Below, piece by piece: positions 30,372-40,089 of a DNA stretch of 64,000 bases. The notes under the pieces are model-generated. The model did not search any database. It saw nothing but the letters and a program-made list of their open reading frames with translations, and was not told the DNA's origin. Source of the stretch: a virus (Duplodnaviria > Caudoviricetes); IMG/VR virus record IMGVR_UViG_2974623408_000001, positions 32,001 through 96,000 of that record. One strand, 5' to 3'. The position numbers and the translations under genes were made by a program. Numbering within the stretch: position 1 is the first letter of the stretch; every line of letters begins with the position of its first letter.

Positions 30372-32635
30372 ACTCGTCCTCCTCGTGCGTTGCTGATGGC
30401 TTGCTTGATCGCTGTGGCTACACGGTTGACGTGATGCTCGACGAAATCGTTCGTGTTCGCCCGGTCCTGATCCAGATCGATCTGGACGTGTGCGGCCCCC
30501 GGAGGACACACCAGCAGATTGTTCCACTTCTGGTTCTTGGGTTCGCGTGTGATCCACACGACCGCGACGCCTGCTTGGTTCAACCGTCGCACCCATTCGG
30601 TGGCGCGTCCCTGCTCGCCTCTCATGACGAAGAAACCGTCAGTGATGACGAACAACAATCGTACGCCGCGTCCGCCGATCAGGTTCAGCATGACATCGAG
30701 TGTACCGATACCCTGGTCGAACGACTCGTGACCCTGATGCGCAGGAATCTCGATGCGATCTGTCGGGAATTCTCCGGGACGGAGCGTGGGTACGACGACT
30801 TCACCGAAGGCGACCGTCGCAACGCGACCGTTGACCTCGTGGACCGCGCGTGAGAGCACCCACGACAGGGTCGAGCTGAAGTGTGTTGCCCATCCCTGCG
30901 AACCGGACACGTCCGTGGCGACACCAACGGTCAACGGCGGGTTCAAATCCACCGTGGTCTTGTTGCGCTTCCACGGTTCGCTGGTCGGGATGCGACCGGT
31001 GCTTCGCTCCGCCGCACGCTGGACCGCAGCGCGTCCGCGCATACGACCCGGAGGTACGGTCGAGTTCACCTTAAACTTGTCGCGACCGATCAGCGAAAGC
31101 TTCTCCAGCTCACGCGCCAGTTTCTGAGCGATGCGCACCTCACGGGTGTTCACCTTCATTTTCTTGGCGCTGGAGTACCGCCACGATTCCTTCTCGTCCT
31201 TGAGCGTCTTGGCCATGGACACACGCGATGGTGTCGGTCCGGCCGGGTCCCAGTCGGTCTCGGCATTCGGGTCCTGGATCGCCTTACCGATCGCCTTGTC
31301 GACCGCGTCGGACAGAGCTTTGGTCCAGTCGGGTGTGCCGTAGCGTTCGCTGGACTTGACGGACATCGGACCACCATGCTTGTCCTTGCTGTCGCCCTTA
31401 CCGACACCCGCTTTGCCTTCGATCACACCACCCTTCTCATCGGTGGGATCGATCGCGATGCTCGAGATTTTACCCTCGCCGCAGGTGCAGGACTTACCCG
31501 AGCCCTCACCTTCGCCACCTTCGCCTTCGCCTTCGCCGGCTCCCTTGCCCTTGCCCTCGCCTTCTCCTTCGCCTTCCCCGTCTTCACCCTCGCCGCTTCC
31601 ACCTTCACCGTGGACAGGGCATTCACCCTCGCCTTCGCCTCCGCCGCCTCCGGGACGTTCCTCCTCCGGAAACAGTTCCTTCCAGCGGTCGACGCAGTCG
31701 ATGGCTTCCTTACCACCGTCGGCGTTGACGTCAGGGATGGCGACGTAGTCCTTCCAGATTTGTTTCATCGCCAGCAGCTTGGGCTTGGTCACGATGTCCT
31801 CGACCATCGACTCAACCTTGGTCAGCTCGTACGGCAACAGCGTACGGGTCTGAGCACGGCCGAGCATGAGTGTCGAGTTGAGTGCGATGGCAGCCGCGTC
31901 GATCTCACCGCCGTGTTCGCCAGCGTCCATGGCTTTGGACATGTCCGCAGCGAACCGGACAGGGTCGACGACGATCGGTAGAGCGATGCGCAGGAACCGA
32001 CGTCCGCGTGCACCACCGATGCGCTTGACCTGAGTGTCCTCGCAGCGAAGCTCCTCGAACATGGTCATGATCTGTCGACCGTACCCGTCCAGCTTCTTCG
32101 TGAAGAAGTGCGACGACAGGAAGTTGGACGACAGGCTGTGACCGGTCTCGTGGATGAACACACCGATGATCTGCAGCGCGATGAACGTCTCGAGGTCCAG
32201 GTACTCGTCGGTGCGGTACTCGTACGCCTTCCGGATACCACCCATCGACGTGTAGAACTCACCCGGCTTCTTCGAACCACCGCGTCCGAGTGAGACGCGT
32301 GTCGAGTCGTTGAGCATGTCGATGACACTGACCACACCGTCGATCACGGACTGGCTGGGGACGTACATGTCACCCTTGCGGATCGATCCGCGAGTCTTGC
32401 GAATGCGGTGCTGGTTCTCTCGGTATACCACGCCAAGGTTGATGCAGATTTTACGCGTCATCGGTGTGTACCACGCGGCCGGGTACTCTGCCCAGTTGTC
32501 CAGCGTGTGATCGATTGCGAACGCGATGACGTTCTGCGGGTCGACGAGCAGGTGGGTGTTGACGAAATCGCCCAGCGCTCGAGACAACGCGAGCAGGTGC
32601 TTCGGTGACTCGGGGTGGAGCGTTGACATACTCAT
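30368..32635 (-). CDS. HExxH metallopeptidase-like domain + Gly/Glu linker + vWA domain (CobT-like)
   Basis: FIHETGH..FEELRCE; MIDAS-like DVSGS, ITDG; GE repeat linker. Confidence 0.8.
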   Translation of the reverse strand: MSMSTLHPESPKHLLALSRALGDFVNTHLLVDPQNVIAFAIDHTLDNWAEYPAAWYTPMTRKICINLGVVYRENQHRIRKTRGSIRKGDMYVPSQSVIDGVVSVIDMLNDSTRVSLGRGGSKKPGEFYTSMGGIRKAYEYRTDEYLDLETFIALQIIGVFIHETGHSLSSNFLSSHFFTKKLDGYGRQIMTMFEELRCEDTQVKRIGGARGRRFLRIALPIVVDPVRFAADMSKAMDAGEHGGEIDAAAIALNSTLMLGRAQTRTLLPYELTKVESMVEDIVTKPKLLAMKQIWKDYVAIPDVNADGGKEAIDCVDRWKELFPEEERPGGGGGEGEGECPVHGEGGSGEGEDGEGEGEGEGKGKGAGEGEGEGGEGEGSGKSCTCGEGKISSIAIDPTDEKGGVIEGKAGVGKGDSKDKHGGPMSVKSSERYGTPDWTKALSDAVDKAIGKAIQDPNAETDWDPAGPTPSRVSMAKTLKDEKESWRYSSAKKMKVNTREVRIAQKLARELEKLSLIGRDKFKVNSTVPPGRMRGRAAVQRAAERSTGRIPTSEPWKRNKTTVDLNPPLTVGVATDVSGSQGWATHFSSTLSWVLSRAVHEVNGRVATVAFGEVVVPTLRPGEFPTDRIEIPAHQGHESFDQGIGTLDVMLNLIGGRGVRLLFVITDGFFVMRGEQGRATEWVRRLNQAGVAVVWITREPKNQKWNNLLVCPPGAAHVQIDLDQDRANTNDFVEHHVNRVATAIKQAISNARGGRV

Positions 32636-32673
32636 GTGAGTGTCTCTCTGTCAGAGGTTCTGGGTGGTGTCGG

Positions 32674-33357
32674 TCACTTCTTGGTGAGTGACTTGGTGAT
32701 GACGTTCTTCTCGAGTTTCGAGTCGATCGTTCCGTCACCGAACGCGAAGCGGACGAGGTCGAAGATGATCGACTCGGGATCGATCTTCTCGTCGGTGATC
32801 GCGGACTTGGAGAACAGCTTGTCCAGGGCGGGGTCGACGGCCTTGGTCAGATCGCTGTACATCTTGTGGCCGAGGTCGTGGATGCCTTTCATGGCACCGC
32901 GATCCGAGTTGTCCTCGATACGTTCACGGTCCTTCTCGGCGAGCGTGATGAGTAGCGGGGTGTCGACCGGCGCGTAGATGATCTCTGTGCTGCCCTCGTG
33001 GGCGAAATTGAGACCGTTGGTGACCATGGCGATCTGCACCGCGCTCATGATCTCGCCGAATGCCTCGACGGGTGTCGCGGTCTTGAAGTCGGGTCGTCCG
33101 ACGTGTCCACCGTAGGTGGAGATGCGGCCTTCCTCCGCCTTCTTGACGGTGAGGGTGGTCGATGCGGTCGACCGCATGATCGCTGGCCCCGCTGCGGTGA
33201 TCGAGAATCGGCTGACCTTGACGCGTGAACCGGACGGGTTGAGGGTGTAGTACTCGAAGTGGAACGCGGATGCGATGGTGCTCCGGAACCGGTTGATCGC
33301 CGGGAACGAGTCGTGTTCGATCGGGAAATTGCGGATGTTGTTCGTCTTGATGGTCAT
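32674..33357 (-). CDS. hypothetical protein
   Basis: High-GC codon usage, own promoter upstream. Confidence 0.65.
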   Translation of the reverse strand: MTIKTNNIRNFPIEHDSFPAINRFRSTIASAFHFEYYTLNPSGSRVKVSRFSITAAGPAIMRSTASTTLTVKKAEEGRISTYGGHVGRPDFKTATPVEAFGEIMSAVQIAMVTNGLNFAHEGSTEIIYAPVDTPLLITLAEKDRERIEDNSDRGAMKGIHDLGHKMYSDLTKAVDPALDKLFSKSAITDEKIDPESIIFDLVRFAFGDGTIDSKLEKNVITKSLTKK

Positions 33358-33395
33358 GAGTTTCTCTCTGTGTCGGTGTTGTCGAGTGTAGTTCA

Positions 33396-33424
33396 ATGAT
33401 AACGCGGGATGGTAGAGATGTAAA
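33396..33424 (-). promoter_or_regulatory. SigA-type promoter
   Basis: TTTACA-17-TATCAT; overlapped by an inverted repeat. Confidence 0.65.
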
Positions 33425-33484
33425 CCCTATTTTTCCATCCCGCGTTAAATCATTGCGTTGTAATTCTTCTTGTTGTCGCTATTG

Positions 33485-34987
33485 TCAGATGCTCAGGCCG
33501 GCGATCACGGTACCGAACGTCGAATTGATCGAGTCCTGGTACATCTTCCGGTCGGCTGAGTCAGCCGACGAGATGAAGTTGGACAGCGCGGTCGCCTCGC
33601 CGAACTTGTCCTTGATCTTCTGGTACGCCAGCAGCTCTCGGGTCTGAGGCGCTTTCATGACCTGACCCTCCTGCACCTGTCGTGCGAGATGCTGGGCGAC
33701 CCGGATGATCTTCGAGTCCACCCCGAGCTTGGACAGCATGCTGTAGTCGGTCGTGACCTCGATCTGCATCGAGAATCGCGACAGGAGAGCGTCCGACATG
33801 ATCGCACCCGGGACGTCCGGGTTACATGCGCCGACGATGTAGAAGCCTTCCTTGGCGTGGACGACACCGCGGGACGGGTTGGCCGTCACGTTGACCTCGG
33901 CGCGACCGTCCATGACCGAGTACACGACGGCCATCATGCGGGTGTCGATGAGCGCGACCTCGTCGATGAGCAGCGGGACGCCGGATTCCATGGCCTTGAC
34001 GAGCGGACCGTCGACCCACTCGAACCGATCCTCGACCTGGATGTACGTACCGACGAAGTCCGATGTCTCGGTGTCGGCCGTACCCTCCATCGTGATGATG
34101 TTGGTGAACGCGGCCTCCGCGAGTGCGGTCTTACCGGTACCGGGAGGTCCGTACAGCAGGGTGAAGATGCCGGCGTCACGTGCGGACTGCAGTGCAGCCA
34201 CGTCGTGGTAGACCACGCGATTCTGGTTCTTGATGTTGACGGTCGACGACGACAGACGACGTGGGTAGTACAGGTCGCCGTTGGGTCGTGTGATCGGATC
34301 GGTCGAACCGAACACCTCGGTGTTGGGTGCGTCTTCCAGGTCACCGTTGTCGACGACGTACGTGTCCAGTGGACGAGGCGGGTTGGTGTACCAGCGACCC
34401 GTCAGGACGTCAGTGACCACGTCCTTGACCTCGACCTCGTACACCGTGCCGTTGATGTTCCACTCGTCCTCCTTGACCTCGGCGTTCTTCCACGCCGACT
34501 TGGTCTCGAGACCGCTGAACCCGTTGTACACGTACCAGGCCCACCGGAAGAAGTCACGCATGTCCTCCTCGCCGTGCACCTTGGAGGTGTCCTCCTTGTA
34601 CCGGTCCTCGTGGACGTCGATCTTGAGGTCGTTGATCACGGAGTCGGGATGCCACCCGAACTCACCCCACGACACACCATCGTTGATCTTGTGGAAGACG
34701 AGGAAGTTCCAGAGCAGGTCGTTGCTGAGCTTCTCGACCTTGTTGGCATTCTTGTACTCCGGAATCTTATCCGGATCGTACATCACCGTGGTGGTGATAC
34801 CGTACTTGTACGTCTTCTCGCTCGAGAGACGACGGGGAAGCACGATCGAGACGAGCTTGCCCTGCTCGGCCTCATCGAGGTCCTCACGTGCGACCTCGAT
34901 TTCGGTCTTGCCGCGTGTGCACTTGGCCACCTCATCGTAGGTGATGGGTGAAAACCAGTACAGGTCGGTGTCGGACGGGCTTGTCAT
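33485..34987 (-). CDS. MoxR/CbbQ/CobS-type AAA+ ATPase
   Basis: GPPGTGKT, LLIDE, WVDGPL..AM..G, ACNP, ALLSRF; SD AAGGAG. Confidence 0.9.
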   Translation of the reverse strand: MTSPSDTDLYWFSPITYDEVAKCTRGKTEIEVAREDLDEAEQGKLVSIVLPRRLSSEKTYKYGITTTVMYDPDKIPEYKNANKVEKLSNDLLWNFLVFHKINDGVSWGEFGWHPDSVINDLKIDVHEDRYKEDTSKVHGEEDMRDFFRWAWYVYNGFSGLETKSAWKNAEVKEDEWNINGTVYEVEVKDVVTDVLTGRWYTNPPRPLDTYVVDNGDLEDAPNTEVFGSTDPITRPNGDLYYPRRLSSSTVNIKNQNRVVYHDVAALQSARDAGIFTLLYGPPGTGKTALAEAAFTNIITMEGTADTETSDFVGTYIQVEDRFEWVDGPLVKAMESGVPLLIDEVALIDTRMMAVVYSVMDGRAEVNVTANPSRGVVHAKEGFYIVGACNPDVPGAIMSDALLSRFSMQIEVTTDYSMLSKLGVDSKIIRVAQHLARQVQEGQVMKAPQTRELLAYQKIKDKFGEATALSNFISSADSADRKMYQDSINSTFGTVIAGLSI

Positions 34988-35026
34988 TGTTCTCCTTGGT
35001 TCGTGTTGTCGAAGCTGTCAAGAACT

Positions 35027-35055
35027 ACAGTATCACTGGGACGCGTGGTTGTAAA
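35027..35055 (-). promoter_or_regulatory. SigA-type promoter
   Basis: TTTACA-17-TACTGT upstream of the ATPase. Confidence 0.6.
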
Positions 35056-35109
35056 CCCTAGATTTCTATAAAATTTAGCAAATTTAAGTTTTAACTTAGT
35101 AAACTCAAG

Positions 35110-35490
35110 TTACGGTCTGTTCTCAGGATCGACAATGAACTTGCTGCGCGGTGGAATGAACACCTTGCCACCCCACACGCCCTGTTCGTCGTGCGTCTTC
35201 GCCCAACGGTAACACTCTTCACGTGCGGGACAGCCCCTACACACAGCAATGCCCAGCGCGTGACGTTTACGTTGGTCGACTTCGCTTTCGCGATGGATGT
35301 CGAAGTCCCACAAGGGCTGCTTCCATCCAACACATCGACCGTCCGCAAGGTCAGGCGCTGAGCCTTTGGTGAACCAAATCGGATCGTGTCTTCGACGTCT
35401 TATTGCAGATACGTCCGGAATTTCTTTCGGAACGCTGCGACCGTCTTCCCATCTGCGTACTGGTCCATCCGCACGTACTTCTTTATCCAC
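35110..35490 (-). CDS. whiB: WhiB family transcription factor (start uncertain)
   Basis: C..C..C.....C plus GVWGG. Confidence 0.85.
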   Translation of the reverse strand: MDKEVRADGPVRRWEDGRSVPKEIPDVSAIRRRRHDPIWFTKGSAPDLADGRCVGWKQPLWDFDIHRESEVDQRKRHALGIAVCRGCPAREECYRWAKTHDEQGVWGGKVFIPPRSKFIVDPENRP

Positions 35491-35756
35491 TGCTCAATAT
35501 CCTCTGGCTGGGCGTGAAAACCATGGTCGAGTCTATGAGTCGTGAAGCATTCGTAGGCGATGGCAACGATGACACAGTCAGCGAACCAGTCGTCTTTCTT
35601 TTCTCGTGTCCGATGATGGGCTCCGGCGTATACCATTTGATTGGCATCCTCCTCGCCGAACCGTGCCGCGAACATGTGGTACAACGGAGAAATATCCGCG
35701 ACCTGTTCTGGGGTCAGTTCGGTAGGATTAGCCTCGTCGTTGGTACGCCGTGCCAT
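35400..35756 (-). CDS. hypothetical protein
   Basis: 118 aa, coupled to methyltransferase stop. Confidence 0.6.
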   Translation of the reverse strand: MARRTNDEANPTELTPEQVADISPLYHMFAARFGEEDANQMVYAGAHHRTREKKDDWFADCVIVAIAYECFTTHRLDHGFHAQPEDIEQWIKKYVRMDQYADGKTVAAFRKKFRTYLQ

Positions 35757-37072
35757 TATATTGCCTCTCGTATGTCAAATGTCTGGTCGTGCACTGTGTT
35801 CTTCGTGTGGTCCCATTCGATTTCCCACCGCGCGGTGTGCTTGTACGCGTTGGTGATGTCCACTTTGCGTTCGCGATCACCAATTTCTTCACCGAGGATT
35901 GTACCTGGTGTGCCCATGAACGCAGCGTGCACCCACGTCCCCAGCCATCGTCCAGCGTCCACTGGTACGCCCTTGCCTGGACACGCGGAGAGTTTCTTGT
36001 ACTCACGTGCGGGCCACAACGTCCAAGTGTCAGGGAAACCCTGCAATCTGAAACACTCTCGGTGTGTGAGTAGACGGTCCTCAGCGTAATGCACTGACAT
36101 CGTTGGACCGGACCCTGTTACCACACGTCCCATCTTATCAGGATTCCACATCATGGTCTGATTCATGCCCATGCTGAACCCCTTGGCCACCAGCTTGTCT
36201 ACCTGACGCTGCCATTCGTGTGGCAACGGAATGCCTGCCCTGTACACCGCGCGCAACGCATCCTCGGTTGCCATGTCTGGCACCCACGGTACTCCTGCTG
36301 CGCGAGTCTTTTCCATGAGCTCCTGGTACCACGCTGACTGTCGCACGGTGAAGTGTCCATCAACACCGTCAGGTGCACGACGCGGCAACGACCACCATGT
36401 AGGTGGTCGCTTATACTGTTGCTTGGCTGTGCTCATCGTCAGCCCTTCAAGGTCACGCACGCAGTCGCCGAAACGTGTAGTTCGTTCTGGCTGTGCGTAT
36501 TCCACACCAAAGGGGATACGGCTGTACACCACGAACACACGACGACGAACGGACGCACCACCGAGACTGGCGTTCGACTGCATCAACCAGATCAGGTCGT
36601 ACTTCTTGCCAGTCTCTTCCTCTAACCGTGCTCTCGCATCAACGTAGTACTGACGCCCAGTGGTGAATGCCTGTTGAACCGACTCGATCGCGATGATGTC
36701 AGGCGACTTACGCATGAACGTAGCGTAATCGAAGACCTCGTCAGTGCACGCCATAACCTTTGCGCCAGCACCTCGAAGATCTTTCCGAGTAAGCGTAGAC
36801 CACGCGCTACAAGGAGGGTTGGCAGTGATAAAAGGTGCTGAATGTCTCTGCCATTTGCGTGTGTCTTTGGTGAAATTGTCTTCCCAATCCCATCCGAGTA
36901 GGCGACGATTACCACGAACGACTGGCGCACCCAGGTCGAGTGATCCTGTACGGTGCACCAGTCGAAAGTCGTTGGAACTCTGGACGATACCCAGCTCCAT
37001 GCCGCCACCCAAACCGTTGACGGCAACCATATCAATTGTCACTGGGCCACACCTGATCCATTCCGTGTCCAA
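35756..37072 (-). CDS. divergent DNA (cytosine-5)-methyltransferase-like protein
   Basis: NPPCSAWS, IESV, R.R.F, LTHREC.RLQGFPD, GKGVP; motif I degenerate (NGLGGG). Confidence 0.8.
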   Translation of the reverse strand: MDTEWIRCGPVTIDMVAVNGLGGGMELGIVQSSNDFRLVHRTGSLDLGAPVVRGNRRLLGWDWEDNFTKDTRKWQRHSAPFITANPPCSAWSTLTRKDLRGAGAKVMACTDEVFDYATFMRKSPDIIAIESVQQAFTTGRQYYVDARARLEEETGKKYDLIWLMQSNASLGGASVRRRVFVVYSRIPFGVEYAQPERTTRFGDCVRDLEGLTMSTAKQQYKRPPTWWSLPRRAPDGVDGHFTVRQSAWYQELMEKTRAAGVPWVPDMATEDALRAVYRAGIPLPHEWQRQVDKLVAKGFSMGMNQTMMWNPDKMGRVVTGSGPTMSVHYAEDRLLTHRECFRLQGFPDTWTLWPAREYKKLSACPGKGVPVDAGRWLGTWVHAAFMGTPGTILGEEIGDRERKVDITNAYKHTARWEIEWDHTKNTVHDQTFDIREAI

Positions 37073-37301
37073 TCATTACGCAACAACCTGCTATAGCTGC
37101 GAGCACAGCCACAACGCACAACCACACCAGCGTTATCTTACGTGTGTACTTCCAGTAACTGATGTCTGGATCACCGCAGGTGCAACGGTCTTCTTTTCGC
37201 CATCTCGCGTGCTTGTCAACGTGGTTCATGTGCGCTATCATCATGATAAACAGCCACAGAGCGATCAATAACGGCGTTGCACCTGCGATAATCCAAATCA
37301 T
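37032..37301 (-). CDS. small membrane protein
   Basis: Two hydrophobic segments. Confidence 0.55.
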   Translation of the reverse strand: MIWIIAGATPLLIALWLFIMMIAHMNHVDKHARWRKEDRCTCGDPDISYWKYTRKITLVWLCVVAVLAAIAGCCVMIGHGMDQVWPSDN

Positions 37302-37302
37302 C

Positions 37303-37836
37303 TTATTGTCCTGGTAATTTCTCGTCGAGACCAAGCTCGAGTTCCTTGGTCTTACCGCACGATGAACATGCAATCACATGGTGCATGTACATGGAACCAT
37401 CATCCGAATGCATCGCACGCTGTGACATCCACGTGTACGCACCTGGACGATCTAGCTCACGACGACATCCGTTGCAGCGGTTGTTATTTGCGCTGTAACC
37501 TGACGCTTGACGTGCGCGGTTACGCTCTACCTTCTCGGCGTAGGCGTCCCAGTATTCTTCGTCAGTTGCACCAGCTGCCAGTAGCGCGTTCGCAACAAAA
37601 TGGTTGACGTCCACCATTTCACCGATGAACTTCGCTTTGTTGACTTCACCTGGTTCGTCCTTGGACCAAGGCTTCCAGTTGACCTCATCAAGAGCCTCAA
37701 CCAATTCCGCTACGGCTGCAAGGATGTTCGTCCGGAAAGCCTCAGCTCTTGCTACGCCCTCGAGTGCTCCCCAGTCCCTTCCGTACGCTTCCTTTTGCAG
37801 TCGATCGGTTTCGCTTAGCCACTTTGCTGGGTCCAC
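37303..37836 (-). CDS. dimeric dUTPase / all-alpha NTP pyrophosphohydrolase with C-terminal Zn ribbon
   Basis: ELVEAL....WKPW, EMVDVNHF, K...NR.RQ..GY. Confidence 0.75.
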   Translation of the reverse strand: MDPAKWLSETDRLQKEAYGRDWGALEGVARAEAFRTNILAAVAELVEALDEVNWKPWSKDEPGEVNKAKFIGEMVDVNHFVANALLAAGATDEEYWDAYAEKVERNRARQASGYSANNNRCNGCRRELDRPGAYTWMSQRAMHSDDGSMYMHHVIACSSCGKTKELELGLDEKLPGQ

Positions 37837-38110
37837 TGGACTCTCCCTTGGGTCGTACCGCGTTGATGAGTGCGTCCCAGGTGTCAATGTGTCCATGGCT
37901 CTTGCCCGTCATGAGCTTTGCCAGCGTGTTCGGATTAATGCCCGAACGCTTGCTCAGCTCCGACTTCGAGATACCTTCTCGCTGCATGCCGTTCACGACA
38001 AGCTCCACGAGTAGTTGTTGCAGCGACGACACAGATTCCGCATACTTTTCTTGCCGACCACGTCGGTACGCAGCAGTCTGTGACTTGTACTCGCTGATGT
38101 GCTTCGCCAT
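37742..38110 (-). CDS. XRE-type helix-turn-helix protein
   Basis: GISKSELSKRSGINPNTLAKLMTG. Confidence 0.75.
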   Translation of the reverse strand: MAKHISEYKSQTAAYRRGRQEKYAESVSSLQQLLVELVVNGMQREGISKSELSKRSGINPNTLAKLMTGKSHGHIDTWDALINAVRPKGESSGPSKVAKRNRSTAKGSVRKGLGSTRGRSKS

Positions 38111-38122
38111 TATTCTATCTTT

Positions 38123-39379
38123 CTAATCTACCGATAATTTCAAAGCTTGAAGATACGCCTTCGCCGCACGTCGCGGGTCGTGTGCCTCTTCAAGTATTTT
38201 CCTGTTGCTCTTCGCTTCCCATGTTACACTCTCGGGAATAGGAGCTACCGTATCCAGCTTTGGTTTCGATGCCATGTCGCGCATCACCTCAGCCAGCGGT
38301 GCGTACGTAGTTTTGTACGCGTCAGGTCTCAGATCAGCTCGGATCGCACGCGCACCGCGCATGATCTTGTAGCTGTGTTCAGGCATGGGTGTGACCGCTG
38401 GTCGTTTCTCGCCGTACATGTAGTCCGGCCAGTCGTTAGGTGCGATCACATTCATGCCTGTTTCGAGTGCTTCCATTGTCGAATACTCTAGATGCTCGGC
38501 GCCGTACTTCCACGGTGTGCAGTTGACGAACGTCGATGCAGACAACAGTACACCTTTCCGCTGAGCAGGTTTGAACTCCCCGGTGTAGACGAGGGTGGAT
38601 TCACTGCCAGGATGAGTTGCAGACCACTTGCCGCACATCCACTTCGCAGCGACACCCTTCTCACGTTCACGGGTGACGTGCCATCCCCACTCTTCGAGCA
38701 TCAAAGACACATGCCCGATCTGAGGTCCACCTGGCATTTCCATGGGAGAGCCTGCGATTCGTCCCCAGTACGCTTTGTCAGGAGTGATTTCTGTGAGTCT
38801 GTGCATCGCGCACGCGAACGCCACGACGCCCTTCGACGGGCTGGTTCTGCCTGCGAACAGGAAGTCGTATGGTCTACCCTGGATTGGTGTGTAATGGTTT
38901 CGCAGATCAAGGTTTACAGTCCACGGCAGTACCGTCTGTTCCCAGTGGCAGTCGTCCCAAATACGGGCGGACGGCCAGAAATGCACGTACGATCCACACC
39001 ATGCTGGCGCTAACTTGGTGCGTTCGTGTCGTTCACGCACGTTGGCTGTGGCTGAGTTACAGTGGTTGGCTGATACCCATTTGGGAATGTCAGGGTTCGT
39101 CAACAACACGTCAAGAAGATCGCTCTTGCACCCGTAGAACGTGTCGGAAAGGATGAGCCCATCGTACTGTTGCAGTGCGCCAACGATGTCGTCCTTCTTA
39201 CCGAGAATGATTGGGTCGAAACCCAAGTCGTCCGACTCTGCACGGTAGATACGTCGAGTGTCTGGTGCGAGAATGTCGAACTCGATGTCCATCGCCTGCA
39301 GACCTGACTGCAGATACCAGAGTGCTGTGCGTGAACCGCCAGCATCCACAGGGGACATCAACACCAGACCGATCTTCAT
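38123..39379 (-). CDS. GT-B glycosyltransferase (GT4-like)
   Basis: N-terminal GG motif, FLFAGR...KG, E.LEYSTMEA...G. Confidence 0.75.
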   Translation of the reverse strand: MKIGLVLMSPVDAGGSRTALWYLQSGLQAMDIEFDILAPDTRRIYRAESDDLGFDPIILGKKDDIVGALQQYDGLILSDTFYGCKSDLLDVLLTNPDIPKWVSANHCNSATANVRERHERTKLAPAWCGSYVHFWPSARIWDDCHWEQTVLPWTVNLDLRNHYTPIQGRPYDFLFAGRTSPSKGVVAFACAMHRLTEITPDKAYWGRIAGSPMEMPGGPQIGHVSLMLEEWGWHVTREREKGVAAKWMCGKWSATHPGSESTLVYTGEFKPAQRKGVLLSASTFVNCTPWKYGAEHLEYSTMEALETGMNVIAPNDWPDYMYGEKRPAVTPMPEHSYKIMRGARAIRADLRPDAYKTTYAPLAEVMRDMASKPKLDTVAPIPESVTWEAKSNRKILEEAHDPRRAAKAYLQALKLSVD

Positions 39380-40089
39380 ACCTTGCCGTTCTCTCTTGCT
39401 CTGCCGTTCACGTCTGACACGCTACCGCTCAGCTGTGTCACAATCTGCGGCGCGCATCTGTACGATGGCGTGTAGTCGAACAGACCGTGCCATGCATCAT
39501 CGGACGTGGCGTCTTCCTTCTGGTACAGTGCCAGCAGATACTCAGCAGCTGGACGTGTCAGCTCGTAGCAGTGTGCACCGTAGTACGCACTCCTACCATT
39601 CAACTGCTTCCACGAACCTTGTCCACCACTGGCCCACTGATCGTCATCCGATTTGAAGCCGAGCATCAGCAGTCCACCCCAGCCAACAAATCCAGCGTTC
39701 TCAGGTGGCGTGTCGATACGGATGAACATGTCCGTGCGGATCGCGGCGTCGTCCTCCATGATCACGAACCGCTCGTAACCGAATTCCAAACCTTCTTGCA
39801 CCGCTCTGGCATGGGCGCGGAGTACACCCAGACACCCTGCCGAGTGTTGCAGTATCTTGTCGCTATAGCTGGTTCGTGGTGGTGACCCGTGTCGCTTGTG
39901 CAGTCGTTTGCGCGTGAACTCTTCGAGTTCGTCTCGACTAAACTCAGAGCCTTCCACCCCGGGTACACGGTAGGTCTGTGCAGTCCAACCCCAAGTGCTG
40001 CGTCGATCCATGAACGCTTGACGTTTGTCGCTGCGTGAGTCGAGGTTGATCCAGAACAACGGAAGGTCAGTCAATCGAGACTGATTCAC
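39376..40089 (-). CDS. GT25-like glycosyltransferase
   Basis: INLDSR.DKR, H..A, IMEDDA, GAHCY. Confidence 0.8.
   Translation of the reverse strand: MNQSRLTDLPLFWINLDSRSDKRQAFMDRRSTWGWTAQTYRVPGVEGSEFSRDELEEFTRKRLHKRHGSPPRTSYSDKILQHSAGCLGVLRAHARAVQEGLEFGYERFVIMEDDAAIRTDMFIRIDTPPENAGFVGWGGLLMLGFKSDDDQWASGGQGSWKQLNGRSAYYGAHCYELTRPAAEYLLALYQKEDATSDDAWHGLFDYTPSYRCAPQIVTQLSGSVSDVNGRARENGKV

Noticed and set aside
31480-31660. CCTTCG-type tandem repeats
   Set aside because: They encode the Gly-Glu linker of the vWA protein; not a CRISPR or regulatory array.
30401-34951. Long plus-strand ORFs (30881-31981, 33689-34951)
   Set aside because: Antisense shadows of GC3-rich minus-strand genes, without motifs. 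The same applies to 49700-50593.
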